This document shows positions 52,420 through 64,000 of a DNA stretch of 64,000 nucleotides, one piece after another. Where the stretch lies: the NCBI GenBank assembly GCA_964016885.1, contig OZ024758.1, positions 38,874,001-38,938,000 on the forward strand, written 5' to 3'. The translations under genes and the position numbers were made by a program. The notes below the pieces were generated by a model. That model was given only the letters and a program-made list of their open reading frames with translations. It had not been told where the DNA came from and did not search any database. The first letter of the stretch is position 1, and each line of letters begins with the position of its first letter. Source of the stretch: Eledone cirrhosa (Eukaryota).

Positions 52420-55400
52420 TCATGGTACTAGCTGTCAGAAGTAACTCCAATGTTGGTGAGAATTCATTTAAGTCATGGTACTAGCTGTCAGAAGTAACTC
52501 CAATGTTGGTGAGAATTCATTTAAGTTCATGGTATTAGCTGTCAGAAGGAAGTCCACTGTTGGTGAGAATTCATTTAAGTTCATGGTATTAGCTGTCAGA
52601 AGTAACTCCACTGTTGGTGAGAATTCATTTAAGTTCATGGTATTAGCTGTCAGAAGTAACTCCACTGTTGGTGAGAATTCATTTAAGTTCATGGTACTAG
52701 CTGTCAGAAGTAACTCCAATGTTGGTGAGAATTCATTTAAGTTCATGGTATTAGCTGTCAGAAGTAACTCCACTGTTGGTGAGAATTCATTTAAGTCATG
52801 GTATTAGCTGTCAGAAGTAACTCCAATGTTGGTGAGAATTCATTTAAGTTCATGGTATTAGCTGTCAGAAGTAACTCCAATGTTGGTGAGAATTCATTTA
52901 AGTTCATGGTATTAGCTGTCAGAAGGAACTCCACTGTTGCTGAGAATTCATTTAAGTTCATGGTATTAGCTGTCAGAAGTAACTCCACTGTTGGTGAGAA
53001 TTCATTTAAGTTCATGGTACTAGCTGTCAGAAGTAACTCCACTGTTGGTGAGAATTCATTTAAGTTCTTGGTATTAGCTGTCAGAAGTCACTCCAATGTT
53101 GGTGAGAATTCATTTAAGTTCATGGTATTAGCTGTCAGAAGTCACTCCACTGTTGGTGAGAATTCATTTAAGTTCATGGTACTAGCTGTCAGAAGTAACC
53201 CCAATGTTGGTGAGAATTCATTTAAGTTCATGGTATTAGCTGTCAGAAGTCACTCCAATGTTGGTGAGAATTCATTTAAGTTCATGGTATTAGCTGTCAG
53301 AAGTAACTCCACTGTTGGTGAGAATTCATTTAAGTTCATGGTATTAGCTGTCAGAAGTAACTCCACTGTTGGTGAGAATTCATTTAAGTTCATGGTATTA
53401 GCTGTCAGAAGGAACTCCACTGTTGGTGAGAATTCATTTAAGTTCATGGTACTAGCTGTCAGAAGTAACTCCACTGTTGGTGAGAATTCATTTAAGTTCA
53501 TGGTATTAGTTTGTCAGAAGTAACTCCACTGTTGGTGAGAATTCATTTAAGTCATGGTATTAGTTGTCAGAAGTAACTCCAATGTTGATGAGAATTCATT
53601 TAAGTTCATGGTATTAGCTGTCAGAACGAACTCCACTGTTGGTGAAAATTCATTTAAGTTCATGGTATTAGCTGTCAGAAGTAACTCCACTGTTGGTGAG
53701 AATTCATTTAAGTCATGGTATTAGTTGTCAGAAGTAACTCCAATGTTGGTGAGAATTCATTTAAGTTCATGGTATTAGCTGTCAGAAGGAACTCCACTGT
53801 TGGTGAGAATTCATTTAAGTTCATGGTATTAGCTGTCAGAAGGAACTCCAATGTTGGTGAGAATTCATTTAAGTCATGGTACTAGCTGTCAGAAGTAACT
53901 CCACAGTTGGTGAGAATTCATTTAAGTTCATGGTATTAGCTGTCAGAAGGAACTCCACTGTTGGTGAGAATTCATTTAAGTTCATGGTACTAGCTGTCAG
54001 AAGGAACTCCACTGTTGGTGAGAATTCATTTAAGTTCATGGTATTAGTTTGTCAGAAGTAACTCCACTGTTGGTGAGAATTCATTTAAGTCATGGTATTA
54101 GTTGTCAGAAGTAACTCCAATGTTGGTGATAATTCATTTAAGCCATGGTACTAGCTGTCAGAAGTAACTCCAATGTTGGTGAGAATTCATTTAATTTCAT
54201 GGTATTAGCTGTCAGAACGAACTCCACTGTTGGTGAGAATTCATTTAAGTTCATGGTATTAGCTGTCAGAAGGAACTCCACTGTTGGTGAGAATTCATTT
54301 AAGTTCATGGTATTAGCTGTCAGAAGGAACGCCACTGTTGGTGAGAATTCATTTAAGTTCATGGTATTAGCTGTCAGAAGTAACTCCACTGTTGGTGAGA
54401 ATTCATTTAAGTTCATGGTACTAGCTGTCAGAAGTAACTCCAATGTTGGTGAGAATTCATTTAAGTTCATGGTATTAGCTGTCAGAAGGAACTCCACTGT
54501 TGGTGAGAATTCATTTAAGTTCATGGTATTAGCTGTCAGAAGTAACTCCACTGTTGGTGAGAATTCATTTAAGTTCATGGTATTAGCTGTCAGAAGTAAC
54601 TCCACTGTTGGTGAGAATTCATTTAAGTTCATGGTACTAGCTGTCAGAAGTAACTCCAATGTTGGTGAGAATTCATTTAAGTTCATGGTATTAGCTGTCA
54701 GAAGTAACTCCACTGTTGGTGAGAATTCATTTAAGTCATGGTATTAGCTGTCAGAAGTAACTCCAATGTTGGTGAGAATTCATTTAAGTTCATGGTATTA
54801 GCTGTCAGAAGTAACTCCAATGTTGGTGAGAATTCATTTAAGTTCATGGTATTAGCTGTCAGAAGGAACTCCACTGTTGCTGAGAATTCATTTAAGTTCA
54901 TGGTATTAGCTGTCAGAAGTAACTCCACTGTTGGTGAGAATTCATTTAAGTTCATGGTAATAGCTGTCAGAAGTACCCCAATGTTGGTGAGAATTCATTT
55001 AAGTTCATGGTATTAGCTGTCAGAAGTCACTCCAATGTTGGTGAGAATTCATTTAAGTTCATGGTATTAGCTGTCAGAAGTAACTCCACTGTTGGTGAGA
55101 ATTCATTTAAGTTCATGGTATTAGCTGTCAGAAGTAACTCCACTGTTGGTGAGAATTCATTTAAGTTCATGGTATTAGCTGTCAGAAGGAACTCCACTGT
55201 TGGTGAGAATTCATTTAAATTCATGGTACTAGCTGTCAGAAGTAACTCCACTGTTGGTGAGAATTCATTTAAGTTCATGGTATTAGTTTGTCAGAAGTAA
55301 CTCCACTGTTGGTGAGAATTCATTTACGTCATGGTATTAGTTGCCAGAAGTAACTCCAATGTTGGTGAGAATTCATTTAAGCCATGGTACTAGCTGTCAG

Positions 55401-58400
55401 AAGTAACTCCAATGTTGGTGAGAATTCATTTAAGTTCATGGTATTAGCTGTCAGAACGAACTCCACTGTTGGTGAAAATTCATTTAAGTTCATGGTATTA
55501 GCTGTCAGAAGTAACTCCACTGTTGGTGAGAATTCATTTAAGTTCATGGTACTAGCTGTCAGAAGTAACTCCAATGTTGGTGAGAATTCATTTAAGTTCA
55601 TGGTATTAGCTGTCAGAAGTAACTCCACTGTTGGTGAGAGTTCATTTAAGTCATGGTATTAGCTGTCAGAAGTAACTCCAATGTTGGTGAGAATTCATTT
55701 AAGTTCATGGTATTAGCTGTCAGAAGTAACTCCACTGTTGGTGAGAATTCATTTAAGTTCATGGTATTAGCTGTCAGAAGTAACTCCACTGTTGGTGAGA
55801 ATTCATTTAAGTTCATGGTACTAGCTGTCAGAAGTAACTCGACTGTTGGTGAGAATTCATTTAAGTTCATGGTATTAGTTTGTCAGAAGTAACTCCACTG
55901 TTGGTGAGAATTCATTTAAGTCATGGTATTAGCTGTCAGAAGTAACTCCACTGTTGGTGAGAATTCATTTAAGTCATGGTATTAGCTGTCAGAAGGAACT
56001 CCACTGTTGGTGAGAATTCATTTAAGTTCATGGTATTAGCTGTCAGAAGGAACTCCAATGTTGGTGAGAATTCATTTAAGTCATGGTACTAGCTGTCAGA
56101 AGTAACTCCAATGTTGGTGAGAATTCATTTAAGTCATGGTACTAGCTGTCAGAAGTAACTCCAATGTTGGTGAGAATTCATTTAAGTTCATGGTATTAGC
56201 TGTCAGAAGGAACTCCACTGTTGGTGAGAATTCATTTAAGTTCATGGTATTAGCTGTCAGAAGTAACTCCACTGTTGGTGAGAATTCATTTAAGTTCATG
56301 GTATTAGCTGACAGAAGTAACTCCACTGTTGGTGAGAATTCATTTAAGTTCATGGTACTAGCTGTCAGAAGTAACTCCAATGTTGGTGAGAATTCATTTA
56401 AGTTCATGGTATTAGCTGTCAGAAGTAACTCCACTGTTGGTGAGAATTCATTTAAGTCATGGTATTAGATGTCAGAAGTAACTCCAATGTTGGTGAGAAT
56501 TCATTTAAGTTCATGGTATTAGCTGTCAGAAGTAACTCCAATGTTGGTGAGAATTCATTTAAGTTCATGGTATTAGCTGTCAGAAGGAACTCCACTGTTG
56601 CTGAGAATTCATTTAAGTTCATGGTATTAGCTGTCAGAAGTAACTCCACTGTTGGTGAGAATTCATTTAAGTTCATGGTACTAGCTGTCAGAAATAACTC
56701 CACTGTTGGTGAGAATTCATTTAAGTTCATGGTATTAGCTGTCAGAAGTCACTCCAATGTTGGTGAGAATTCATTTAAGTTCATGGTATTAGCTGTCAGA
56801 AGTCACTCCACTGTTGGTGAGAATTCATTTAAGTTCATGGTACTAGCTGTCAGAAGTAACCCCAATGTTGGTGAGAATTCATTTAAGTTCATGGTATTAG
56901 CTATCAGAAGTCACTCCAATGTTGGTGAGAATTCATTTAAGTTCATGGTATTAGCTGTCAGAAGTAACTCCACTGTTGGTGAGAATTCATTTAAGTTCAT
57001 GGTATTAGCTGTCAGAAGTAACTCCACTGTTGGTGAGAATTCATTTAAGTTCATGGTATTAGCTGTCAGAAGGAACTCCACTGTTGGTGAGAATTCATTT
57101 AAGTTCATGGTACTAGCTGTCAGAAGTAACTCCACTGTTGGTGAGAATTCATTTAAGTTCATGGTATTAGTTTGTCAGAAGTAACTCCACTGTTGGTGAG
57201 AATTCATTTAAGTCATGGTATTAGTTGTCAGAAGTAACTCCAATGTTGGTGAGAATTCATTTAAGCCATGGTACTAGCTGTCAGAAGTAACTCCAATGTT
57301 GGTGAGAATTCATTTAAGTTCATGGTATTAGCTGTCAGAACGAACTCCACTGTTGGTGAGAATTCATTTAAGTTCATGGTATTAGCTGTCAGAAGTAACT
57401 CCACTGTTGGTGAGAATTCATTTAAGTTCATGGTATTAGCTGTCAGAAGTAACTCCACTGTTGGTGAGAATTCATTTAAGTTCATGGTACTAGCTGTCAG
57501 AAGTAACTCGACTGTTGGTGAGAATTCATTTAAGTTCATGGTATTAGTTTGTCAGAAGTAACTCCACTGTTGGTGAGAATTCATTTAAGTCATGGTATTA
57601 GCTGTCAGAAGTAACTCCACTGTTGGTGAGAATTCATTTAAGTCATGGTATTAGCTGTCAGAAGGAACTCCACTGTTGGTGAGAATTCATTTAAGTTCAT
57701 GGTATTAGCTGTCAGAAGGAACTCCAATGTTGGTGAGAATTCATTTAAGTCATGGTACTAGCTGTCAGAAGTAACTCCAATGTTGGTGAGAATTCATTTA
57801 AGTCATGGTACTAGCTGTCAGAAGTAACTCCAATGTTGGTGAGAATTCATTTAAGTTCATGGTATTAGCTGTCAGAAGGAACTCCACTGTTGGTGAGAAT
57901 TCATTTAAGTTCATGGTATTAGCTGTCAGAAGTAACTCCACTGTTGGTGAGAATTCATTTAAGTTCATGGTATTAGCTGACAGAAGTAACTCCACTGTTG
58001 GTGAGAATTCATTTAAGTTCATGGTACTAGCTGTCAGAAGTAACTCCAATGTTGGTGAGAATTCATTTAAGTTCATGGTATTAGCTGTCAGAAGTAACTC
58101 CACTGTTGGTGAGAATTCATTTAAGTCATGGTATTAGATGTCAGAAGTAACTCCAATGTTGGTGAGAATTCATTTAAGTTCATGGTATTAGCTGTCAGAA
58201 GTAACTCCAATGTTGGTGAGAATTCATTTAAGTTCATGGTATTAGCTGTCAGAAGGAACTCCACTGTTGCTGAGAATTCATTTAAGTTCATGGTATTAGC
58301 TGTCAGAAGTAACTCCACTGTTGGTGAGAATTCATTTAAGTTCATGGTACTAGCTGTCAGAAATAACTCCACTGTTGGTGAGAATTCATTTAAGTTCATG

Positions 58401-61400
58401 GTATTAGCTGTCAGAAGTCACTCCAATGTTGGTGAGAATTCATTTAAGTTCATGGTATTAGCTGTCAGAAGTCACTCCACTGTTGGTGAGAATTCATTTA
58501 AGTTCATGGTACTAGCTGTCAGAAGTAACCCCAATGTTGGTGAGAATTCATTTAAGTTCATGGTATTAGCTATCAGAAGTCACTCCAATGTTGGTGAGAA
58601 TTCATTTAAGTTCATGGTATTAGCTGTCAGAAGTAACTCCACTGTTGGTGAGAATTCATTTAAGTTCATGGTATTAGCTGTCAGAAGTAACTCCACTGTT
58701 GGTGAGAATTCATTTAAGTTCATGGTATTAGCTGTCAGAAGGAACTCCACTGTTGGTGAGAATTCATTTAAGTTCATGGTACTAGCTGTCAGAAGTAACT
58801 CCACTGTTGGTGAGAATTCATTTAAGTTCATGGTATTAGTTTGTCAGAAGTAACTCCACTGTTGGTGAGAATTCATTTAAGTCATGGTATTAGTTGTCAG
58901 AAGTAACTCCAATGTTGGTGAGAATTCATTTAAGCCATGGTACTAGCTGTCAGAAGTAACTCCAATGTTGGTGAGAATTCATTTAAGTTCATGGTATTAG
59001 CTGTCAGAACGAACTCCACTGTTGGTGAGAATTCATTTAAGTTCATGGTATTAGCTGTCAGAAGTAACTCCACTGTTGGTGAGAATTCATTTAAGTTCAT
59101 GGTATTAGCTGTCAGAAGTAACTCCACTGTTGGTGAGAATTCATTTAAGTTCATGGTACTAGCTGTCAGAAGTAACTCCACTGTTGGTGAGAATTCATTT
59201 AAGTTCATGGTATTAGTTTGTCAGAAGTAACTCCACTGTTGGTGAGAATTCATTTAAGTCATGGTATTAGTTGTCAGAAGTAACTCCAATGTTGGTGAGA
59301 ATTCATTTAAGTTCATGGTATTAGCTGTCAGAAGGAACTCCACTGTTGGTGAGAATTCATTTAAGTTCATGGTATTAGCTGTCAGAAGGAACTCCAATGT
59401 TGGTGAGAATTCATTTAAGTTCATGGTATTAGCTGTCAGAAGGAACTCCACTGTTGGTGAGAATTCATTTAAGTTCATGGTATTAGCTGTCAGAAGGAAC
59501 TCCAATGTTGGTGAGAATTCATTTAAGTCATGGTACTAGCTGTCAGAAGTAACTCCAATGTTGGTGAGAATTCATTTAAGTCATGGTACTAGCTGTCAGA
59601 AGTAACTCCAATGTTGGTGAGAATTCATTTAAGTTCATGGTATTAGCTGTCAGAAGGAACTCCACTGTTGGTGAGAATTCATTTAAGTTCATGGTATTAG
59701 CTGTCAGAAGTAACTCCACTGTTGGTGAGAATTCATTTAAGTTCATGGTATTAGCTGTCAGACGTAACTCCACTGTTGGTGAGAATTCATTTAAGTTCAT
59801 GGTACTAGCTGTCAGAAGTAACTCCAATGTTGGTGAGAATTCATTTAAGTTCATGGTATTAGCTGTCAGAAGTAACTCCACTGTTGGTGAGAATTCATTT
59901 AAGTCATGGTATTAGCTGTCAGAAGTAACTCCAATGTTGGTGAGAATTCATTTAAGTTCATGGTATTAGCTGTCAGAAGTAACTCCAATGTTGGTGAGAA
60001 TTCATTTAAGTTCATGGTATTAGCTGTCAGAAGGAACTCCACTGTTGCTGAGAATTCATTTAAGTTCATGGTATTAGCTGTCAGAAGTAACTCCACTGTT
60101 GGTGAGAATTCATTTAAGTTCATGGTACTAGCTGTCAGAAGTAACTCCACTGTTGGTGAGAATTCATTTAAGTTCATGGTATTAGCTGTCAGAAGTCACT
60201 CCAATGTTGGTGAGAATTCATTTAAGTTCATGGTATTAGCTGTCAGAAGTCACTCCACTGTTGGTGAGAATTCATTTAAGTTCATGGTACTAGCTGTCAG
60301 AAGTAACCCCAATGTTGGTGAGAATTCATTTAAGTTCATGGTATTAGCTGTCAGAAGTCACTCCAATGTTGGTGAGAATTCATTTAAGTTCATGGTATTA
60401 GCTGTCAGAAGTAACTCCACTGTTGGTGAGAATTCATTTAAGTTCATGGTATTAGCTGTCAGAAGTAACTCCACTGTTGGTGAGAATTCATTTAAGTTCA
60501 TGGTATTAGCTGTCAGAAGGAACTCCACTGTTGGTGAGAATTCATTTAAGTTCATGGTACTAGCTGTCAGAAGTAACTCCACTGTTGGTGAGAATTCATT
60601 TAAGTTCATGGTATTAGTTTGTCAGAAGTAACTCCACTGTTGGTGAGAATTCATTTAAGTCATGGTATTAGTTGTCAGAAGTAACTCCAATGTTGATGAG
60701 AATTCATTTAAGTTCATGGTATTAGCTGTCAGAACGAACTCCACTGTTGGTGAAAATTCATTTAAGTTCATGGTATTAGCTGTCAGAAGTAACTCCACTG
60801 TTGGTGAGAATTCATTTAAGTTCATGGTACTAGCTGTCAGAAGTAACTCCAATGTTGGTGAGAATTCATTTAAGTTCATGGTATTAGCTGTCAGAAGTAA
60901 CTCCACTGTTGGTGAGAGTTCATTTAAGTCATGGTATTAGCTGTCAGAAGTAACTCCAATGTTGGTGAGAATTCATTTAAGTTCATGGTATTAGCTGTCA
61001 GAAGTAACTCCACTGTTGGTGAGAATTCATTTAAGTTCATGGTATTAGCTGTCAGAAGTAACTCCACTGTTGGTGAGAATTCATTTAAGTTCATGGTACT
61101 AGCTGTCAGAAGTAACTCCACTGTTGGTGAGAATTCATTTAAGTTCATGGTATTAGTTTGTCAGAAGTAACTCCACTGTTGGTGAGAATTCATTTAAGTC
61201 ATGGTATTAGTTGTCAGAAGTAACTCCAATGTTGGTGAGAATTCATTTAAGTTCATGGTATTAGCTGTCAGAAGGAACTCCACTGTTGGTGAGAATTCAT
61301 TTAAGTTCATGGTATTAGCTGTCAGAAGGAACTCCAATGTTGGTGAGAATTCATTTAAGTCATGGTACTAGCTGTCAGAAGTAACTCCACAGTTGGTGAG

Positions 61401-64000
61401 AATTCATTTAAGTTCATGGTATTAGCTGTCAGAAGGAACTCCACTGTTGGTGAGAATTCATTTAAGTTCATGGTACTAGCTGTCAGAAGGAACTCCACTG
61501 TTGGTGAGAATTCATTTAAGTTCATGGTATTAGTTTGTCAGAAGTAACTCCACTGTTGGTGAGAATTCATTTAAGTCATGGTATTAGTTGTCAGAAGTAA
61601 CTCCAATGTTGGTGATAATTCATTTAAGCCATGGTACTAGTTGTCAGAAGTAACTCCAATGTTGGTGAGAATTCATTTAATTTCATGGTATTAGCTGTCA
61701 GAACGAACTCCACTGTTGGTGAGAATTCATTTAAGTTCATGGTATTAGCTGTCAGAAGGAACTCCACTGTTGGTGAGAATTCATTTAAGTTCATGGTATT
61801 AGCTGTCAGAAGGAACGCCACTGTTGGTGAGAATTCATTTAAGTTCATGGTATTAGCTGTCAGAAGTAACTCCACTGTTGGTGAGAATTCATTTAAGTTC
61901 ATGGTACTAGCTGTCAGAAGTAACTCCAATGTTGGTGAGAATTCATTTAAGTTCATGGTATTAGCTGTCAGAAGGAACTCCACTGTTGGTGAGAATTCAT
62001 TTAAGTTCATGGTATTAGCTGTCAGAAGTAACTCCACTGTTGGTGAGAATTCATTTAAGTTCATGGTATTAGCTGTCAGAAGTAACTCCACTGTTGGTGA
62101 GAATTCATTTAAGTTCATGGTACTAGCTGTCAGAAGTAACTCCAATGTTGGTGAGAATTCATTTAAGTTCATGGTATTAGCTGTCAGAAGTAACTCCACT
62201 GTTGGTGAGAATTCATTTAAGTCATGGTATTAGCTGTCAGAAGTAACTCCAATGTTGGTGAGAATTCATTTAAGTTCATTGTATTAGCTGTCAGAAGTAA
62301 CTCCAATGTTGGTGAGAATTCATTTAAGTTCATGGTATTAGCTGTCAGAAGGAACTCCACTGTTGCTGAGAATTCATTTAAGTTCATGGTATTAGCTGTC
62401 AGAAGTAACTCCACTGTTGGTGAGAATTCATTTAAGTTCATGGTAATAGCTGTCAGAAGTACCCCAATGTTGGTGAGAATTCATTTAAGTTCATGGTATT
62501 AGCTGTCAGAAGTCACTCCAATGTTGGTGAGAATTCATTTAAGTTCATGGTATTAGCTGTCAGAAGTAACTCCACTGTTGGTGAGAATTCATTTAAGTTC
62601 ATGGTATTAGCTGTCAGAAGTAACTCCACTGTTGGTGAGAATTCATTTAAGTTCATGGTATTAGCTGTCAGAAGGAACTCCACTGTTGGTGAGAATTCAT
62701 TTAAATTCATGGTACTAGCTGTCAGAAGTAACTCCACTGTTGGTGAGAATTCATTTAAGTTCATGGTATTAGTTTGTCAGAAGTAACTCCACTGTTGGTG
62801 AGAATTCATTTACGTCATGGTATTAGTTGTCAGAAGTAACTCCAATGTTGGTGAGAATTCATTTAAGCCATGGTACTAGCTGTCAGAAGTAACTCCAATG
62901 TTGGTGAGAATTCATTTAAGTTCATGGTATTAGCTGTCAGAACGAACTCCACTGTTGGTGAAAATTCATTTAAGTTCATGGTATTAGCTGTCAGAAGTAA
63001 CTCCACTGTTGGTGAGAATTCATTTAAGTTCATGGTACTAGCTGTCAGAAGTAACTCCAATGTTGGTGAGAATTCATTTAAGTTCATGGTATTAGCTGTC
63101 AGAAGTAACTCCACTGTTGGTGAGAGTTCATTTAAGTCATGGTATTAGCTGTCAGAAGTAACTCCAATGTTGGTGAGAATTCATTTAATTACATGGTATT
63201 AGCTGTCAGAAGTAACTCCACTGTTGGTGAGAATTCATTTAAGTTCATGGTATTAGCTGTCAGAAGTAACTCCACTGTTGGTGAGAATTCATTTAAGTTC
63301 ATGGTACTAGCTGTCAGAAGTAACTCGACTGTTGGTGAGAATTCATTTAAGTTCATGGTATTAGTTTGTCAGAAGTAACTCCACTGTTGGTGAGAATTCA
63401 TTTAAGTCATGGTATTAGTTGTCAGAAGTAACTCCAATGTTGGTGAGAATTCATTTAAGTTCATGGTATTAGCTGTCAGAAGGAACTCCACTGTTGGTGA
63501 GAATTCATTTAAGTTCATGGTATTAGCTGTCAGAAGGAACTCCAATGTTGGTGAGAATTCATTTAAGTCATGGTACTAGCTGTCAGAAGTAACTCCAATG
63601 TTGGTGAGAATTCATTTAAGTCATGGTACTAGCTGTCAGAAGTAACTCCAATGTTGGTGAGAATTCATTTAAGTTCATGGTATTAGCTGTCAGAAGGAAC
63701 TCCACTGTTGGTGAGAATTCATTTAAGTTCATGGTATTAGCTGTCAGAAGTAACTCCACTGTTGGTGAGAATTCATTTAAGTTCATGGTATTAGCTGACA
63801 GAAGTAACTCCACTGTTGGTGAGAATTCATTTAAGTTCATGGTACTAGCTGTCAGAAGTAACTCCAATGTTGGTGAGAATTCATTTAAGTTCATGGTATT
63901 AGCTGTCAGAAGTAACTCCACTGTTGGTGAGAATTCATTTAAGTCATGGTATTAGCTGTCAGAAGTAACTCCAATGTTGGTGAGAATTCATTTAAGTTCA
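52420..64000 (+). repeat. About 7.1-7.5-kb tandem duplication; second copy (from ~59530) runs off the window end
   Basis: The offset is 7108 (52475/59583, 52798/59906, TGTTGATGAG 53588/60696) and then 7486-7487 (53876/61362, 54145/61631, 54738/62224, 55007/62493, 55384/62870, 56136/63623). Shared variants are CCACAGTT, GGTGATAAT, GTAATAG..AGTACCCC, TTTAAATTC and TTTACGTC. Confidence 0.9.
55700..59100 (+). repeat. Tandem duplication, 1669-bp period (31 monomers), nested in the first 7-kb copy
   Basis: ORF pairs 56136/57805, 56459/58128 and 57268/58937 are offset by 1669. The variants AACTCGAC (55841/57510), TAGATGTC, GAAATAAC and AGCTATCAG occur in both copies. Confidence 0.92.

Larger units (their letters stand above)
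1..64000 (+). repeat. 54-bp satellite DNA array, about 1,190 head-to-tail monomers, open at both window ends
   Basis: Every line matches the consensus ATGGTATTAGCTGTCAGAAGTAACTCCACTGTTGGTGAGAATTCATTTAAGTTC, typically with 0-4 differences per monomer. Common variants (numbered from the ATG): T7C, T21G, A22C, T25C, C29A, and a 1-bp deletion at the junction (AAGTTCATG>AAGTCATG). Orientation is the same throughout. Confidence 0.99.

Noticed and set aside
83-63921. Minus-strand ORFs of repeated MNLNEFSPTVELLLTANT
   Set aside because: This is the same artefact. The common A22C variant creates in-frame stops and the indels break the frame repeatedly.
9-63955. Plus-strand ORFs of repeated MVLAVRSNSTVGENSFKF (up to 421 aa) as a repeat-protein gene
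   Set aside because: A 54-bp monomer with one stop-free frame generates these automatically. Frameshifting 53-bp monomers occur every few units, most common variants are non-synonymous, and there is no unique N- or C-terminal sequence.
1-64000. CRISPR array or other repeat-spacer system
   Set aside because: There are no unique spacers. The whole 54 bp is repeated with only point variants, and no cas or other genes are present.
1-64000. Telomerase-type telomeric repeat, or a tRNA/5S/snRNA tandem gene array
   Set aside because: There is no TTAGGG-like G-rich unit, and kb-scale duplications of variant order point to recombination rather than templated addition. The monomer is too short for these RNAs, and I see no cloverleaf or Pol III A/B boxes.
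1-64000. Whole window as a sequencing concatemer, synthetic construct or encoded message
   Set aside because: Variants are inherited hierarchically through nested duplications with private differences between copies, as expected of natural satellite evolution. Individual duplications still need read-level confirmation.

Overview
The whole 64 kb window is one uninterrupted head-to-tail satellite array of a 54-bp monomer (consensus ATGGTATTAGCTGTCAGAAGTAACTCCACTGTTGGTGAGAATTCATTTAAGTTC; 20/54 G+C, about 37%; no CpG; one EcoRI and one AluI site per unit). There are roughly 1,190 copies and the array runs off both ends. I see no unique sequence, inversion, transposon insertion, RNA gene or credible protein gene. 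The ORF track is an artefact of a 3n-length monomer with one stop-free frame per strand. The information lies in the order of monomer variants. It shows an irregular higher-order cassette of about 1.8-3.9 kb in the left 40 kb, nested tandem duplications from 0.3 to about 10 kb, and a switch in diagnostic variants at about 40-46 kb. This looks like eukaryotic (peri)centromeric, subtelomeric or heterochromatic satellite DNA (inference). I do not recognise the family or organism. I found no gene-encoded novel system. All offsets were derived by hand from the ORF track and rare variants, so block edges are approximate to within a few monomers.
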